Part shown: piece by piece, positions 9,219 to 19,687 of the stretch
Layout: each line of letters starts with the position of its first letter
Position numbering within the stretch: the stretch's first letter is position 1
Notes under the pieces: model-generated
What the model was told of the DNA's origin: nothing
The model's input: only the letters and a program-made list of their open reading frames with translations
The model's database searches: none
NCBI GenBank assembly: GCA_035574275.1
Contig: DATLYY010000064.1
Span: forward strand, 6,516-70,515
DNA: 64,000 nucleotides
DNA from: Verrucomicrobiia bacterium
GTDB lineage: Bacteria; Zixibacteria; MSB-5A5; DSPP01
Reading direction: 5' to 3'
Made by a program: the position numbers and the translations under genes

Positions 9219-10196
9219 ATGCCTCTCTGCTTTTGCGCCTCCTCCAACCCGGAAAAAAACGTGGGGGGACAGGCGGTCATCGAAGGAGTGATGATCCGCT
9301 CCTGGGCCAAGGTGGCCACCGCCGTACGGCGGCCGGACGGACAGATTGTTTCCACCGACCGGGAATTTCTGCCCATCGTCAAGCGAATCAAGTGGCTGAA
9401 CATCCCCATCGTGCGGGGGGTCATCGGGCTTTTTGAGATGCTTTACATCGGCTCCAAAAGCTTGAATTTCTCCGCGGAAGTGGCGATTGCCGCAGAGGAG
9501 GAGCAAAAGAGAAAGGAAAAACCGGAGCAAGAACCAAAGCCGGCCAAGAAGCAGTCCGACTGGATGCTCGGTTTGACCACTGTAATGGCTTTGGGGTTGG
9601 GGGTTCTGCTTTTCTTTTTCGTTCCGATCTGGCTTTCCAACCTGTTTGGCATCCAGCGCAACGCGGTGGCTTTCAATTTTCTGGCGGGAGGCTTTCGCGT
9701 GGCCATCTTTCTGGCCTATCTATTCGTGCTTTCGCGTTTCAAGGATTTTCAGCGGATTTTCCAGTACCACGGCGCGGAGCATATGACCATTTACGCCTTT
9801 GAAGCAGGGGATCCTTTGGATGTTTCTGCCATCCGCAAATACCCGACCATGCACCCCCGCTGCGGGACTTCTTTTCTCATTCTGGTGGCGCTTTTGGCCA
9901 TCTTCATCTACTCCGTTTCGGACGCAGTTTATCTTCTGGTCAGCGGAATCCCCCCCAATGTCTTGGAGCGGTTCGGCTATCATCTTTTGCTTTTGCCTTT
10001 GGTGGCCGGCGGAAGCTACGAAGTTTTGAAGTGGTCGGCCAAAATCCGGGAAAACTGGCTGGGGCGGGCGGTGGTGGCCCCCGGCATCTGGCTGCAGAAA
10101 ATCACCACCCAGCCCCCCTCCGACGACCAGATTGAAGTGGCGATTGCCGCACTCAGGGGGGCTTTGCCGGAAGCCGTTCCGGCGGCCGCCTCTTAG
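9219..10196 (+). CDS. DUF1385 (YqhQ-like) membrane protein
   Basis: Contains GGQAVIEGVMIRS, HGAEHMTI and HPRCGTSFL motifs. The conserved position between rpmE and prfA fits. The start is 9204 or 9219. Confidence 0.75.
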   Translation: MPLCFCASSNPEKNVGGQAVIEGVMIRSWAKVATAVRRPDGQIVSTDREFLPIVKRIKWLNIPIVRGVIGLFEMLYIGSKSLNFSAEVAIAAEEEQKRKEKPEQEPKPAKKQSDWMLGLTTVMALGLGVLLFFFVPIWLSNLFGIQRNAVAFNFLAGGFRVAIFLAYLFVLSRFKDFQRIFQYHGAEHMTIYAFEAGDPLDVSAIRKYPTMHPRCGTSFLILVALLAIFIYSVSDAVYLLVSGIPPNVLERFGYHLLLLPLVAGGSYEVLKWSAKIRENWLGRAVVAPGIWLQKITTQPPSDDQIEVAIAALRGALPEAVPAAAS

Positions 10197-10268
10197 CTTC
10201 TTTCACCCTTTCGGCGTTTTTGCTTAATGACTTTCTATTTTGTTGGCGAATTCATATTTTGAGGATAT

Positions 10269-11336
10269 ATGCTGGAGCTTTTGGAAAAAGTTGAAAATAA
10301 ATATAAAGAGCTGACCGAGCTTTTGTCCGACCCGGCAGTTCTGGCCGAGCCCCCCCGGCTGCAGAAAATCGCCCGGGAGCGGGCCGGGCTGGAGGAGACC
10401 GTGCAGGCGGCCGCCCGATACCGACAGGTGTTGTCCCAAATCGAGGAGGATGAAAAGCTGAAGGGGGCCGCCGATCGGGAGCTGGCAGAGATGGCCAAGG
10501 CGGAGCTGGAGGAGCTGAAACCGGAAAAGGAGCGGCTGGAGGAGGAATTGAAGCTGCTTTTGGCCCCGCGCGACCCGAACGACACGAAAAACGTAATCGT
10601 GGAAATCCGGGCCGGCACCGGCGGGGAGGAAGCAGCCCTGTTTGCCTCCGAGCTGTATCGGATGTATCTGCGTTTTGCCGAGCGGCAAAAGTGGAAAGTG
10701 GAGCTTCTGTCCTCCCATCCGACCGGTCTGGGCGGCTTCAAGGAGGTGGTATTTCTCATCGAAGGAAACGGGGCGTTCGGTAAGTTAAAACATGAGTCCG
10801 GCGTGCACCGGGTCCAGCGCGTTCCGGCGACGGAGGCCTCCGGCCGGATTCACACTTCGGCCGCTTCCGTCGCGGTTTTGCCGGAGGCGGAGGATGTGGA
10901 TATCCAAATCAATCCGGCCGATTTGCGCATCGATGTCTTCCGGGCGGGGGGGCCGGGGGGACAAGGAGTGAACACCACGGACTCGGCCGTGCGGATCACG
11001 CACATCCCGACCGGTTTGGTGGTAAGCTGCCAGGATGAGCGCTCGCAGATTAAGAACCGGGCCAAGGCGATGAAAGTGCTCCAGGCACGGCTATTGGACC
11101 GGGCCCAGAGCGAGCAAAAGGAAAAAATCGACACGGCCCGGCGCTCGATGGTCGGCTCCGGCGACCGCTCGGAAAAAATCCGCACCTACAACTTTCCCCA
11201 AAACCGGGTGACGGACCACCGCATCGGGTTGACGCTTCATTCCCTCGACCGGATTTTGGAGGGGGAGATCGGCGCCATCGTGGAGGCGCTGCGGAACAAG
11301 GAACAGGAAGAGCGGCTGAAGAATACGAATGTTTGA
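10269..11336 (+). CDS. prfA: Peptide chain release factor 1
   Basis: Contains the PAT tripeptide (RVPATE) and the GGQ motif ([23 protein letters not shown]). Confidence 0.95.
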   Translation: MLELLEKVENKYKELTELLSDPAVLAEPPRLQKIARERAGLEETVQAAARYRQVLSQIEEDEKLKGAADRELAEMAKAELEELKPEKERLEEELKLLLAPRDPNDTKNVIVEIRAGTGGEEAALFASELYRMYLRFAERQKWKVELLSSHPTGLGGFKEVVFLIEGNGAFGKLKHESGVHRVQRVPATEASGRIHTSAASVAVLPEAEDVDIQINPADLRIDVFRAGGPGGQGVNTTDSAVRITHIPTGLVVSCQDERSQIKNRAKAMKVLQARLLDRAQSEQKEKIDTARRSMVGSGDRSEKIRTYNFPQNRVTDHRIGLTLHSLDRILEGEIGAIVEALRNKEQEERLKNTNV

Positions 11337-12234
11337 CGGGAAAAGGTACGCCCGCGAGAAAACTTTTGCAATTACCTACGCGCAGCTTTTGAAGGAGACA
11401 TCCGCCGAGCTGGAACGGTTCGGAGTTTCCAACTTTGAACAGGAGGCGTGGTGGATTCTGACCTCCTCCACCGGCCGGGAAAGCCCCCAATTGGCGGCGG
11501 AACTGGCCCAGCCGGTCCCCGCCGCGGTGGAAGAGAAAGTTGCGCAAGTCGTCCGTGAGCGCCGGTGCGGAAAGCCCTTGGTTTACGTCACCGGCGAGAC
11601 GGAGTTTTACGGCTTACGTTTAAAAATAAACCCGGCGGTTTTGATTCCCCGGCCGGAAACGGAAGTTTTGGTAGCGGAAATCTTGAAAGCCCTTGACTCT
11701 ACCGCCGGCCGCAATCATTCTTTTTCGATTCTTGACATCGGCACCGGTTCGGGCTGCATCCCCTTGGCTTTGCTTTCCCAATTGCCGAATTCCTTTGCCG
11801 TGGCGACCGATATATCCAAAAACGCCCTGTTTTTGGCGTCGAAGAATGCGCATCTGCTCGGCTTGTCAGGAAGAGTACAATTTATTTTGGGGAACGTTTT
11901 GGAGCCGATTAGAACGGAGGAAAAATTTGACGTGATTGTTTCCAATCCCCCGTACATCGACCCCTCCGAAATGGAGTCTTTGGATGACTCCGTCCGCCGT
12001 TTTGAACCGAACCTTGCCATCGAGAGCCATAAAGGAGGGACCTGGTTTCATCGTGAAATTGCCCGGCTTGGGGCGCCCCGGCTGCGGCCGGGGGGAATTC
12101 TGGCGTTTGAGGTGGGGAACCGCCAGGCCGAAATGGTGGCGCGTTTCATCAAAAAAACCGGTTTTTATGCAAAACCGCAGATTTTTTCCGACCTGTTCGG
12201 ATACGAGCGGGTGGTTCTGGCGCGGAAGATTTGA
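11329..12234 (+). CDS. prmC: Release-factor glutamine N5-methyltransferase
   Basis: Contains the SAM motif [11 protein letters not shown] and the NPPY motif (VSNPPYI). It overlaps the prfA stop. Confidence 0.85.
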   Translation: MFDGKRYAREKTFAITYAQLLKETSAELERFGVSNFEQEAWWILTSSTGRESPQLAAELAQPVPAAVEEKVAQVVRERRCGKPLVYVTGETEFYGLRLKINPAVLIPRPETEVLVAEILKALDSTAGRNHSFSILDIGTGSGCIPLALLSQLPNSFAVATDISKNALFLASKNAHLLGLSGRVQFILGNVLEPIRTEEKFDVIVSNPPYIDPSEMESLDDSVRRFEPNLAIESHKGGTWFHREIARLGAPRLRPGGILAFEVGNRQAEMVARFIKKTGFYAKPQIFSDLFGYERVVLARKI

Positions 12235-12273
12235 CTTTTGCTCTGTTTCGGTTTAAAAATTAAAAGGAAAGGG

Positions 12274-13872
12274 ATGAAGTTTTTCGGGAACCCAATGGTT
12301 TGGCGGAAGCGTCTGGCCCTGCTTTGGGCCGGCGTTGCGGTTTTTCTTCTTTCCGGATGCGCTTCGCAAAAGGGAAAGGTAAGCGTGGAAAAACCCTCCA
12401 ACGTCAAAATCGTCTTCAGCCAGGAGGCGTACGAGCATTACGTCAACGGGGATTTGTACCGCCATTCGGGGGATTTCCGCCGGGCTGCGGAAGAGTTTCG
12501 CCGGGCGCTGGAATTCGACCCGGAGTCGTACGAAATCCGGCTGGCTTTGGCGCAAAGCTACTATTCGCTCGGGGATTATGTTTCGGCCCGGCGGGAGGGG
12601 GAGAAGCTGACCATCAAGACTTTGGAGCGGGAGCAGCTTTTGGCGGACTGCGCGCGCAACGCCAACGACTGGGGGGAGGCCAAGAAGCGCTACTTGTCGG
12701 TTTTGAGCCTCGATTCCGGGAACACCTCGGCTTGGTGGTACGTGGCGCGCATTTCGGAACAGATGAAGGATTCCGCCACGGCGATTCGCGCCCAGCGGCG
12801 GCTGTCCCAGCTTTCCCCCTCCTATTCCAACTACTACCAGCTCGTGCAGATGCTCTGGGGGGCCGGGCGACACGCCGAGGCGGCGCGCGAGGCGGAGAGT
12901 TTTCTGGAGTCCGATTCCAGCGACCTGCGGGCCTATTTGCTTTTGGGGGAGAGTTTGGAGCGGGCTGGTGAGGCCATGCGGGCGGCGGAAGTTTATCATC
13001 GGCTTTTGGATCGGGACTCCACCGAGCGGGGGGTGGCGCTGCATTTGGGAGATTTGTATTTCGAAATGGAGGCGTATGCCTCGGCGGAGTCCGTTTTGGT
13101 GCGGCTGGCGAACGATTCGGCCGACTACGTGCCGCTTTTTTACCTGGCGCGCATCGCCTATCTGCAAAAAAATTATTCCCGGGCCGAGAGCCTGTACCAA
13201 AAGGTCATCCAGCGGGCGGATACGATACCGCAGGGGTTCACGGGGCTGGCTTTGACCTATCTTGCCTGGGAAAAACCGGAAAAGACCCTGGAGACCGCCC
13301 GGCGGGGGCTTGAAAAGTTCCCCAAAAGCCCGGATCTGCGCTTTTGGCGGGGGCAGGCGTTCGCGGCGCAAAAGGAAAACGATTCGGCCCGCGCAATTTT
13401 CGGCGGCCTGGTTGCCGAGGAACCGGGAAACGTCAATTTCCTTTTCGCCTACGCGGCGGCCCTGGAGCGTTCCAACCGGGTCGACTCCTCCGTTGCGGTT
13501 TTCCGGAAGGTGTTGACCTTGGAGCCGGAGCATGCCCAGGCGTTGAATTACCTGGGATACACCTGGGCCGACCGGAACGAAAATCTGGAGGAGGCCAAGA
13601 AAATGATTGAGCGCGCGCTCAAAGCCGAGCCGGAGAACGGGGCTTTTTTGGACAGCTATGGCTGGGTGCTTTTCCGGATGGGTAAACTGAAAGAGGCGGA
13701 GCAATACATCAAGAAAGCTCTGGATAAAAACGAAAAGGACGCGGTCATCTTCGAGCATCTCGGGGATATTTACTGGGCGCAGGGGAGAAAGGAGGCGGCC
13801 CGGGAGCAGTACCGCAGGGCCTCGGAGATGGACCCGAAAAACGAGGCTTTGAAGGAAAAGCTTTCCCGTTGA
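12274..13872 (+). CDS. TPR-repeat lipoprotein
   Basis: ATG 12274 follows AAAGGAAAGGG. The lipobox is FLLSGC. There are multiple TPR units (A..Y..AL..dP....A...LG). Confidence 0.7.
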   Translation: MKFFGNPMVWRKRLALLWAGVAVFLLSGCASQKGKVSVEKPSNVKIVFSQEAYEHYVNGDLYRHSGDFRRAAEEFRRALEFDPESYEIRLALAQSYYSLGDYVSARREGEKLTIKTLEREQLLADCARNANDWGEAKKRYLSVLSLDSGNTSAWWYVARISEQMKDSATAIRAQRRLSQLSPSYSNYYQLVQMLWGAGRHAEAAREAESFLESDSSDLRAYLLLGESLERAGEAMRAAEVYHRLLDRDSTERGVALHLGDLYFEMEAYASAESVLVRLANDSADYVPLFYLARIAYLQKNYSRAESLYQKVIQRADTIPQGFTGLALTYLAWEKPEKTLETARRGLEKFPKSPDLRFWRGQAFAAQKENDSARAIFGGLVAEEPGNVNFLFAYAAALERSNRVDSSVAVFRKVLTLEPEHAQALNYLGYTWADRNENLEEAKKMIERALKAEPENGAFLDSYGWVLFRMGKLKEAEQYIKKALDKNEKDAVIFEHLGDIYWAQGRKEAAREQYRRASEMDPKNEALKEKLSR

Positions 13873-15479
13873 GAGGACTTCTCCTTTTTTTTCTTCTGTT
13901 TTTAAGCTGCGCCAAGTTCGGCGCCCCGCCCGGCGGGCCGGAGGATAAGGCGCCGCCGGAGGTGGTCTCCGCTTCCCCCCCGTCCGGCTCCATCCGGGTG
14001 GACAGCGGCGCTTTCCTGGAGTTCGTTTTTTCGGAAAAGGTGGCGCGGGCCACGCTCGCCGCCAACGTATTCATCTCGCCGGAGTTGCCCGACTCCTTCC
14101 GCGACGAGCTGAAGGGAAAAACCTACCGCGTCCATCCGAACCGGTATTTGAAGAAGGGGGTCACCTACGTGGTGACCTTGGGAACCGGCATCCGGGATTT
14201 GCGCGGCAATCCGCTGGCGCAGGCCCAAAGCTTCGCTTTTTCCACCGGAGAAACGATTGACTCCGGCGAAATTGGCGGCCAGGTTTTCGACCAGGGGGCG
14301 CCGGTTTTTCAAGCGTCCGTTAAAATCTACCGCCTCAGCGACACGGCCGCCGCCGCGGACTGGCAAAAGCCGGATTATCAGACCTCCAGCGGCAAGGAGG
14401 GGCTTTTCAAGTTTTCTTTTTTGCCGGCCGGACGCTACCGAATCCTGGCCTCTTTGGGGCAGAAAACCGGGTTGTATCACCGGGATGTTCGGACTTCCAA
14501 AGTGGGGGAGGGGGCTTTCCCGGTCCAAATTTCCCTTGCGCCGTTGGATACATCCGCTTTGGAACTCTTGGATGCCCGCTTCAACGCCGACCGGCTTCTG
14601 GCTTTGACTTTCAACCGCCCGCTTGATTTTTCAGATACGCCGGCGGCCGGATTTTCAGTCATCACTCGTTCGCCGGTTGAACGGATTCCGCTCCGTCCGG
14701 TCTTTTTGAACCCCAACCAGAAGGAGCGGCTGTTTGTTGCCGGGGATTTTCCATCCGCGGAACGGGAGGCGGTCGTCCGTTTTCCGGCACTGGCGGCCCG
14801 CTATGGAAGGGGAGGCGCCGACAGTGCGGTGTTTCTAATCGGCGCCAAGCAGGATGGGGTTCCGCCTAAACTTGTTTTTTCCGAACCGCCCAACCGGCGG
14901 GAGCGAATAGGTTTTTCAGACACGCTCAAATTTTATTTTTCCGAGCCGGTTCGGCACAATTTTGAGGTGAACGCGCCCGGATTGTTCGATTCTTCAGGAA
15001 CCCCCGTGCCGATGGCGTGGTCCCAGCCGCAGGCAAACGCGTATTCCTTTGCACCCCAGCGGGAATTGCGCCCTGGAGAATGGTACCGCTTCAGCTTCCC
15101 CGCCGGAGCCGTGAAAGATGGTGCCGGGAATCTTTCCACCGATTCGGCCTCACTTTTCTTTCGCACCTATTTTCCGGATTCGCTTGGAACGGTGAGCGGA
15201 GGGATTATTGGAAAGGCGGCGGGACGGATTTATCTGGAATTTCGCGAAGTGCGCTCGGGTTGGAGCAGGACGGAGGCGGTCGAGGATTCCTCTTTTTCGA
15301 TACCGATGTTGTCCGGGAAATACTTTCTTTCCGGCTTTGTGGATGAAAACGGCGACCGCAAACGGGAGAGTGGGTCGCTGGCCCCCTTCCGGTTCCCCGA
15401 ACCGGCCTTCTTTTATCAGGACACGGTTTTCGTCCGGGCGCGGTTTGAAACCGAAGGGATTGAGATTAATATTCCTTGA
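13869..15479 (+). CDS. Lipoprotein with an SbsA-type Ig-like (Big_5) N-terminal domain
   Basis: The lipobox is FLSC. APPEVVSASPPSGSIRVD...FVFSEKV is typical of Big_5 domains. The start overlaps the upstream stop. Confidence 0.6.
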   Translation: MRGLLLFFLLFLSCAKFGAPPGGPEDKAPPEVVSASPPSGSIRVDSGAFLEFVFSEKVARATLAANVFISPELPDSFRDELKGKTYRVHPNRYLKKGVTYVVTLGTGIRDLRGNPLAQAQSFAFSTGETIDSGEIGGQVFDQGAPVFQASVKIYRLSDTAAAADWQKPDYQTSSGKEGLFKFSFLPAGRYRILASLGQKTGLYHRDVRTSKVGEGAFPVQISLAPLDTSALELLDARFNADRLLALTFNRPLDFSDTPAAGFSVITRSPVERIPLRPVFLNPNQKERLFVAGDFPSAEREAVVRFPALAARYGRGGADSAVFLIGAKQDGVPPKLVFSEPPNRRERIGFSDTLKFYFSEPVRHNFEVNAPGLFDSSGTPVPMAWSQPQANAYSFAPQRELRPGEWYRFSFPAGAVKDGAGNLSTDSASLFFRTYFPDSLGTVSGGIIGKAAGRIYLEFREVRSGWSRTEAVEDSSFSIPMLSGKYFLSGFVDENGDRKRESGSLAPFRFPEPAFFYQDTVFVRARFETEGIEINIP

Positions 15480-15485
15480 TTATTT

Positions 15486-15513
15486 GCAGGGGCGTATGGC
15501 CATACGACCCTGC
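15486..15513. repeat. REP-like palindrome, copy 1 (GCAGGGGCGTATGG/CCATACGACCCTGC)
   Basis: 14-nt arms with 1 mismatch, lying between two convergent stops (15479 and 15520). It shares the core GGGCGTAT..ATACGCCC (one substitution in this copy, ATACGACC) with 44611-44637 and 62268-62289. Confidence 0.6.
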
Positions 15514-15519
15514 GGGGGG

Positions 15520-18483
15520 TTATGCTTTCCCCTTCAACCGTTCCAGCCGCACTTTGGCGTCGGCGATTTCCGGCGAATTGAAGTCCGCATCCTTCCAGAT
15601 TTCCAGAAACGTTTCGTATTCCTTGCGAGCCCGTTCCTTGTCCCCTTTTTGCTCGTAGGCCACCCCCAGCCAATAATGAGCTTTAACCGAAGTTACCGAC
15701 CAATGTCCCGTAACTGGAAGAAAATTAAAGTTTAGGTTGTCTGTGGAAATAAACGTCCACCAAGTCATTCGTTCAAATTCGGCAATTGCTTCCCGGAGAC
15801 GACCGGTTTTCAACAGACACACAGCATAAGGGTATTGGGGGGCTCCCATTGGGAAAAGGGGTTTTAGGGCTTTCTGGAACTGCTCCACCGCAAGTGCATA
15901 TTTCCCTTCCTCAAACGCCAAAACCCCCGAAAGATAATCATAACTCGGCTGCCAACGCCGCTGGTTTTTGGGGAGGTCCTTTTTGAGATCTTCCATAATC
16001 TTGTAGGCCGCCTTGGAGTCACCATTTTTTACATAGGCCAAAGCCAAAACATCTCTCCAATGCATAAAGCCGGTCGGATTTTCCTCTTTCCGCTCCGCCG
16101 CACGCTTTTTGGCATATTTCAACATGGCCGCATAATCTCCCGTTTCAGCCGCCAAGGTGGCCAGGGCATAATGCGTCTCGTTGGCGGGCTCCGGAAGTTT
16201 CTGCGCCTGGAAGGAGGATAATAGTTCCAAAAGCTGCTTCTGCGCTTGTTTGAGCTGTCCGCGATGGACGGTGATAAGCACAAAGTCCCCCTCCGCCCAG
16301 GCCTTTTGGGCCTTGTCCGGTGTGGAGCTAAACTGCTGAAAATATTTTTCCGCCTCGGCATAGTTTCCCTGCCGAACGGCGTCAAACCCCAGCTTTTCGA
16401 TCGTGACAAAATCGGTGCGGAAGGAAACGGCCTTCCGATACCAGTATAAGGCGGAGTCGATTTCGCCAAAAACAAAGTGAATTTCCCCTTTGCTGTCGTA
16501 CGGGTTCGGTTCCCCCGGGGCTATTCGCAAATACCGGCCGACCGCCTCCATCGCTTCCGTTCGCTTGCCCAACCCGGCATATAGATAAGCCAAGGAGTTC
16601 CATAGAGCTTTATCCAGGGAATCGTTTTTCAATCCCGCCCGGTAAATTTGCTCGGCCTTTTCAAAGTCAAACAATCTTTGGTACATGCCGCCCGCTTCTT
16701 GATAAATATCCTGTTCGTGGGGATATTTTTGCAAAAGCTCTTCCAGTATTTTCGTCCTTTTGGCAAAGTTGTTCTCGACATCCGAGGCATAGGCCGCTTC
16801 GATTTGCAAACGCTCTTTTTCCGTGACGTTTTTTCTCAACTGCCAGGCTTTCTGCAGGGCCTTCCTTAGACCGACATTGTCACCAAAGCTGCCCCGGGAT
16901 TGAGCCAGTCCAAAATAAGCCATAGCAAAATTGCTGTCTAACTCTATGGCCCGTTTGATAGCGGCATCGGCCTCGGAATAATAAAATTTCTTGGCAAGTT
17001 CTGTTGCTTCGAGATAGGAACGGTACGCTTCCGGCGAGCTGGTGGTCACTTCCGCTACTGATTTGGTTTCCGCCGCGGGCGCCGGAGAAACATTCAGCCC
17101 GCTTCGGACCAGCGCGGCTAAGCTGTCCACCATCGGGAACATCTGGGCCGTTGAAAATCCCGTTATTCTTTGGGAATTCAATATCTTACCCGATTTTACG
17201 TCAATCAGACGGGAAGTCACTGCCAATTGGGGCTCTTTTTGCAATATGCTCCCCAGCAACATCGTTTTGACTCCCGCCCGCTGGGCGATTTGGGTCGCCA
17301 GCGACGGGGTTATCCGTTCCTCCCTTGCGTTTCCCAGTTCCGTTTGAATGTCATACAGCCGCTCCCGGCTGATGACTTCCAGCCCGGGTACTTGCGAAAG
17401 CGACGTAATTAGTAAATTGACCAGCATCTCGCCGGTATGATCCTTATCCTCCGGGTCGGGGATGTTTTCAAAATACATCACGGCCAAGGAATTCTGCGAA
17501 CCGCCAGCTTCCGTTTGCTGGCGGGAGACTTCGACCTTGAACGGATTAAAAATGAAAAACAGGAGAGCCAAAAGGGCTGCGGCCGAAGTGGGAACTAAAA
17601 TCTTAAGAATGTTTTTCTTTGGTTTATGAATGGCCTCCGGATGGGGCACCACCGGTGCTTTGGCATATTCCAGGGCTTTCCGCTCCCGCCGCAAGTCGGC
17701 GGCCATGTCGTCGATATGCTGGTAACGCTCGCTTCTGTCTTTGGCCAGCGCTTTGGAGACGACGCGCTGCAGCTCGGGCGTCGCCTTGTCGTTAAAACGG
17801 GCCAGGGGCGGTGGTTCTTCGTTCAGAATCGAGTAGGCCAGGCCCCCCGCATGTTCCCCCCGGAAAGGGAGCTTGCCGGTCAAAAGTTCGTACAAAACCA
17901 CACCAAAGGAAAAGATGTCCGAGCGGTGATCCACATCCTCACCGGCGGCTTGTTCCGGCGACATGTAGGCCGCCGTCCCAACCGTGGAGCCAGCTTGTGT
18001 CAGCTGTCCGGCTCCTTTGAATTTGGCCAGCCCGAAGTCCATTATTTTTATTTGGTTTTTAGGGGTCAAAAGTATGTTGTCCGATTTGATGTCCCGGTGG
18101 ACAACCCCTTTTTCCGCCGCCGCCGTCAGCCCCTCGCACACCTGAACGGCAATGTCCAAAACTTTTTTAATGGGCAACGTCTCGGACTTGACCAGCTCCT
18201 TGAGCGATTTCCCTTCCACCAGCTCCATCGCCAAGAAAATCTGATCGTAGTATTCATCTATTTCAAAAACGGTGGCGATGTTGGGATGATTCAAAGCGGA
18301 GGCGGTCCGGGCTTCCCGCAGGAAGCGTTCCTTTTCCAGTGGGTCGGTGGCCAGATGGGGGGGCAAAAACTTCAGGGCCACGTCTCGATCCAGCTTGGTG
18401 TCGTGGGCGCGGTAAACGATGCCCATCCCGCCTTCGCCCAATTTTTCAACAATTTTATAGTGGGAAATGGTTTGTCCAATCAT
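15520..18483 (-). CDS. Ser/Thr protein kinase with a TM segment, periplasmic region and C-terminal TPR array
   Basis: Contains MIGQTISHYKIVEKLGEGGMGIVY, VALKFL, HRDIKSDN, DFGLAK and SPEQ motifs. A TM segment (AAALLALLFFIF) is followed by many TPRs. ATG 18483 is preferred over TTG 18495. Confidence 0.9.
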   Translation of the reverse strand: MIGQTISHYKIVEKLGEGGMGIVYRAHDTKLDRDVALKFLPPHLATDPLEKERFLREARTASALNHPNIATVFEIDEYYDQIFLAMELVEGKSLKELVKSETLPIKKVLDIAVQVCEGLTAAAEKGVVHRDIKSDNILLTPKNQIKIMDFGLAKFKGAGQLTQAGSTVGTAAYMSPEQAAGEDVDHRSDIFSFGVVLYELLTGKLPFRGEHAGGLAYSILNEEPPPLARFNDKATPELQRVVSKALAKDRSERYQHIDDMAADLRRERKALEYAKAPVVPHPEAIHKPKKNILKILVPTSAAALLALLFFIFNPFKVEVSRQQTEAGGSQNSLAVMYFENIPDPEDKDHTGEMLVNLLITSLSQVPGLEVISRERLYDIQTELGNAREERITPSLATQIAQRAGVKTMLLGSILQKEPQLAVTSRLIDVKSGKILNSQRITGFSTAQMFPMVDSLAALVRSGLNVSPAPAAETKSVAEVTTSSPEAYRSYLEATELAKKFYYSEADAAIKRAIELDSNFAMAYFGLAQSRGSFGDNVGLRKALQKAWQLRKNVTEKERLQIEAAYASDVENNFAKRTKILEELLQKYPHEQDIYQEAGGMYQRLFDFEKAEQIYRAGLKNDSLDKALWNSLAYLYAGLGKRTEAMEAVGRYLRIAPGEPNPYDSKGEIHFVFGEIDSALYWYRKAVSFRTDFVTIEKLGFDAVRQGNYAEAEKYFQQFSSTPDKAQKAWAEGDFVLITVHRGQLKQAQKQLLELLSSFQAQKLPEPANETHYALATLAAETGDYAAMLKYAKKRAAERKEENPTGFMHWRDVLALAYVKNGDSKAAYKIMEDLKKDLPKNQRRWQPSYDYLSGVLAFEEGKYALAVEQFQKALKPLFPMGAPQYPYAVCLLKTGRLREAIAEFERMTWWTFISTDNLNFNFLPVTGHWSVTSVKAHYWLGVAYEQKGDKERARKEYETFLEIWKDADFNSPEIADAKVRLERLKGKA

Positions 18484-18634
18484 TTTCGCACCCAATTATG
18501 CTTTTTTTACGCCAAAAGTAAAGCCAGGATTCACTTTTTTTCGAGTTCAAAAAAAGCAGCCCCTACTTTTTCTTGCCTTCGGTGGCCCCCCGGCGTATCT
18601 TGGGCCGCGAGCGGGGAGGAGCAGCGTGAGCTAA

Positions 18635-19687
18635 ATGCCGGTATGGTTTAGGGAAATACTCATCGGTCTTCTCATTCTCGGGTCCGCCTTTGTTGTGGGG
18701 GCGGCCGCGAACTTTTTTTTGCGTTTGCTCCGCACCCAAATTTTTCTGAAACGGGGCAAAACACTGGCGGACGAGCTGCTTTTCGCCGCCCGCTGGCCGG
18801 TTTTTCACCTGATTGTCGCCACCGGGCTGGTCGTGATTTTCAGCCGGCTGAAAGCCAATTATCCCAACCAGGTCGCGAGCTGGATTTTCAACGGTTTGGA
18901 TGCCTTTGTATTCATCGCTGCCGTGGCCCTCTTCGTCTATTTGCTCTATCGTCTTTCGGCCGCCGGGCTCGTCTGGTATTCCCAACTTTTGGCCGACCGA
19001 AGCCAAACGCGCGTAGACACCCAGTTCATCGTTTTGATTAACCGGCTGTTGAAAGGGGTCATTTTCTTTCTGGCCGTGCTCGTAATTTTGGATCATTTCA
19101 AAATCGACATCAAAGGGCTTTTGGCGGTGGCCGGCATTTCGTCTCTGGCTTTCGCCCTGGCCGCGCAGGATACGCTTTCCAACATGATTTCCGGCTTCAT
19201 TCTGATGGCCGACCGGCCCTTCCGGGTCGGGGACCGGGTGGCTTTGGCCACCGGAGAGGCGGGCGTGGCGGTGGAGATTGGGCTGCGTTCCAGCCGGTTT
19301 TTGACGGACGACGGCTCGATCCTGGTGGTGCCGAACGTGGAGCTGGTGCGCACGCGCCTCACCAACCACTCGTTTCCCGACGCCCGCGTGCGGGTGGCTT
19401 TGAAATTCGTTTTATCCCACGACTCGCCGGTGGAGCGGGCCAAGGGAATCTTTGAGCGGGCGCTTTCGGCCACGCCGGGGATTTTGAAGGAGCCGGAGCC
19501 GGCCCTCCTGCTTTCCGACTTGACCGAAACCGGTCTGGAATTTTCGCTTTTTTTCTGGGTTCCCAGTCTGGAGCAGAAAGGGAGGGCCGCCGAGGGAGTG
19601 CGGCTGCGTGCGTTTCAACTATTGAAGGAATCCAAGATTCGTTTTGCCCAACGGGAGGTTTGGCTTAAAGACAACGGGAGGCCATGA
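18635..19687 (+). CDS. Small-conductance mechanosensitive channel (MscS family)
   Basis: Several TM helices are followed by GISSLAFALAAQDTLSNMISGFILMADRPFRVGDRV. Confidence 0.8.
   Translation: MPVWFREILIGLLILGSAFVVGAAANFFLRLLRTQIFLKRGKTLADELLFAARWPVFHLIVATGLVVIFSRLKANYPNQVASWIFNGLDAFVFIAAVALFVYLLYRLSAAGLVWYSQLLADRSQTRVDTQFIVLINRLLKGVIFFLAVLVILDHFKIDIKGLLAVAGISSLAFALAAQDTLSNMISGFILMADRPFRVGDRVALATGEAGVAVEIGLRSSRFLTDDGSILVVPNVELVRTRLTNHSFPDARVRVALKFVLSHDSPVERAKGIFERALSATPGILKEPEPALLLSDLTETGLEFSLFFWVPSLEQKGRAAEGVRLRAFQLLKESKIRFAQREVWLKDNGRP

Noticed and set aside
12253-13758. 501-aa ORF on the minus strand.
   Set aside because: It is entirely antisense to the TPR lipoprotein gene, which has a lipobox and clear TPR units. 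Its translation is Arg/Gly/Pro/Leu-rich low complexity, typical of shadow ORFs in GC-rich DNA.
17626-19369. Long ORFs 17626..18651 (+) and 18563..19369 (-).
   Set aside because: They are antisense to the Ser/Thr kinase and the MscS gene respectively, both of which have unambiguous motifs. The translations are Arg/Gly/Pro-rich.
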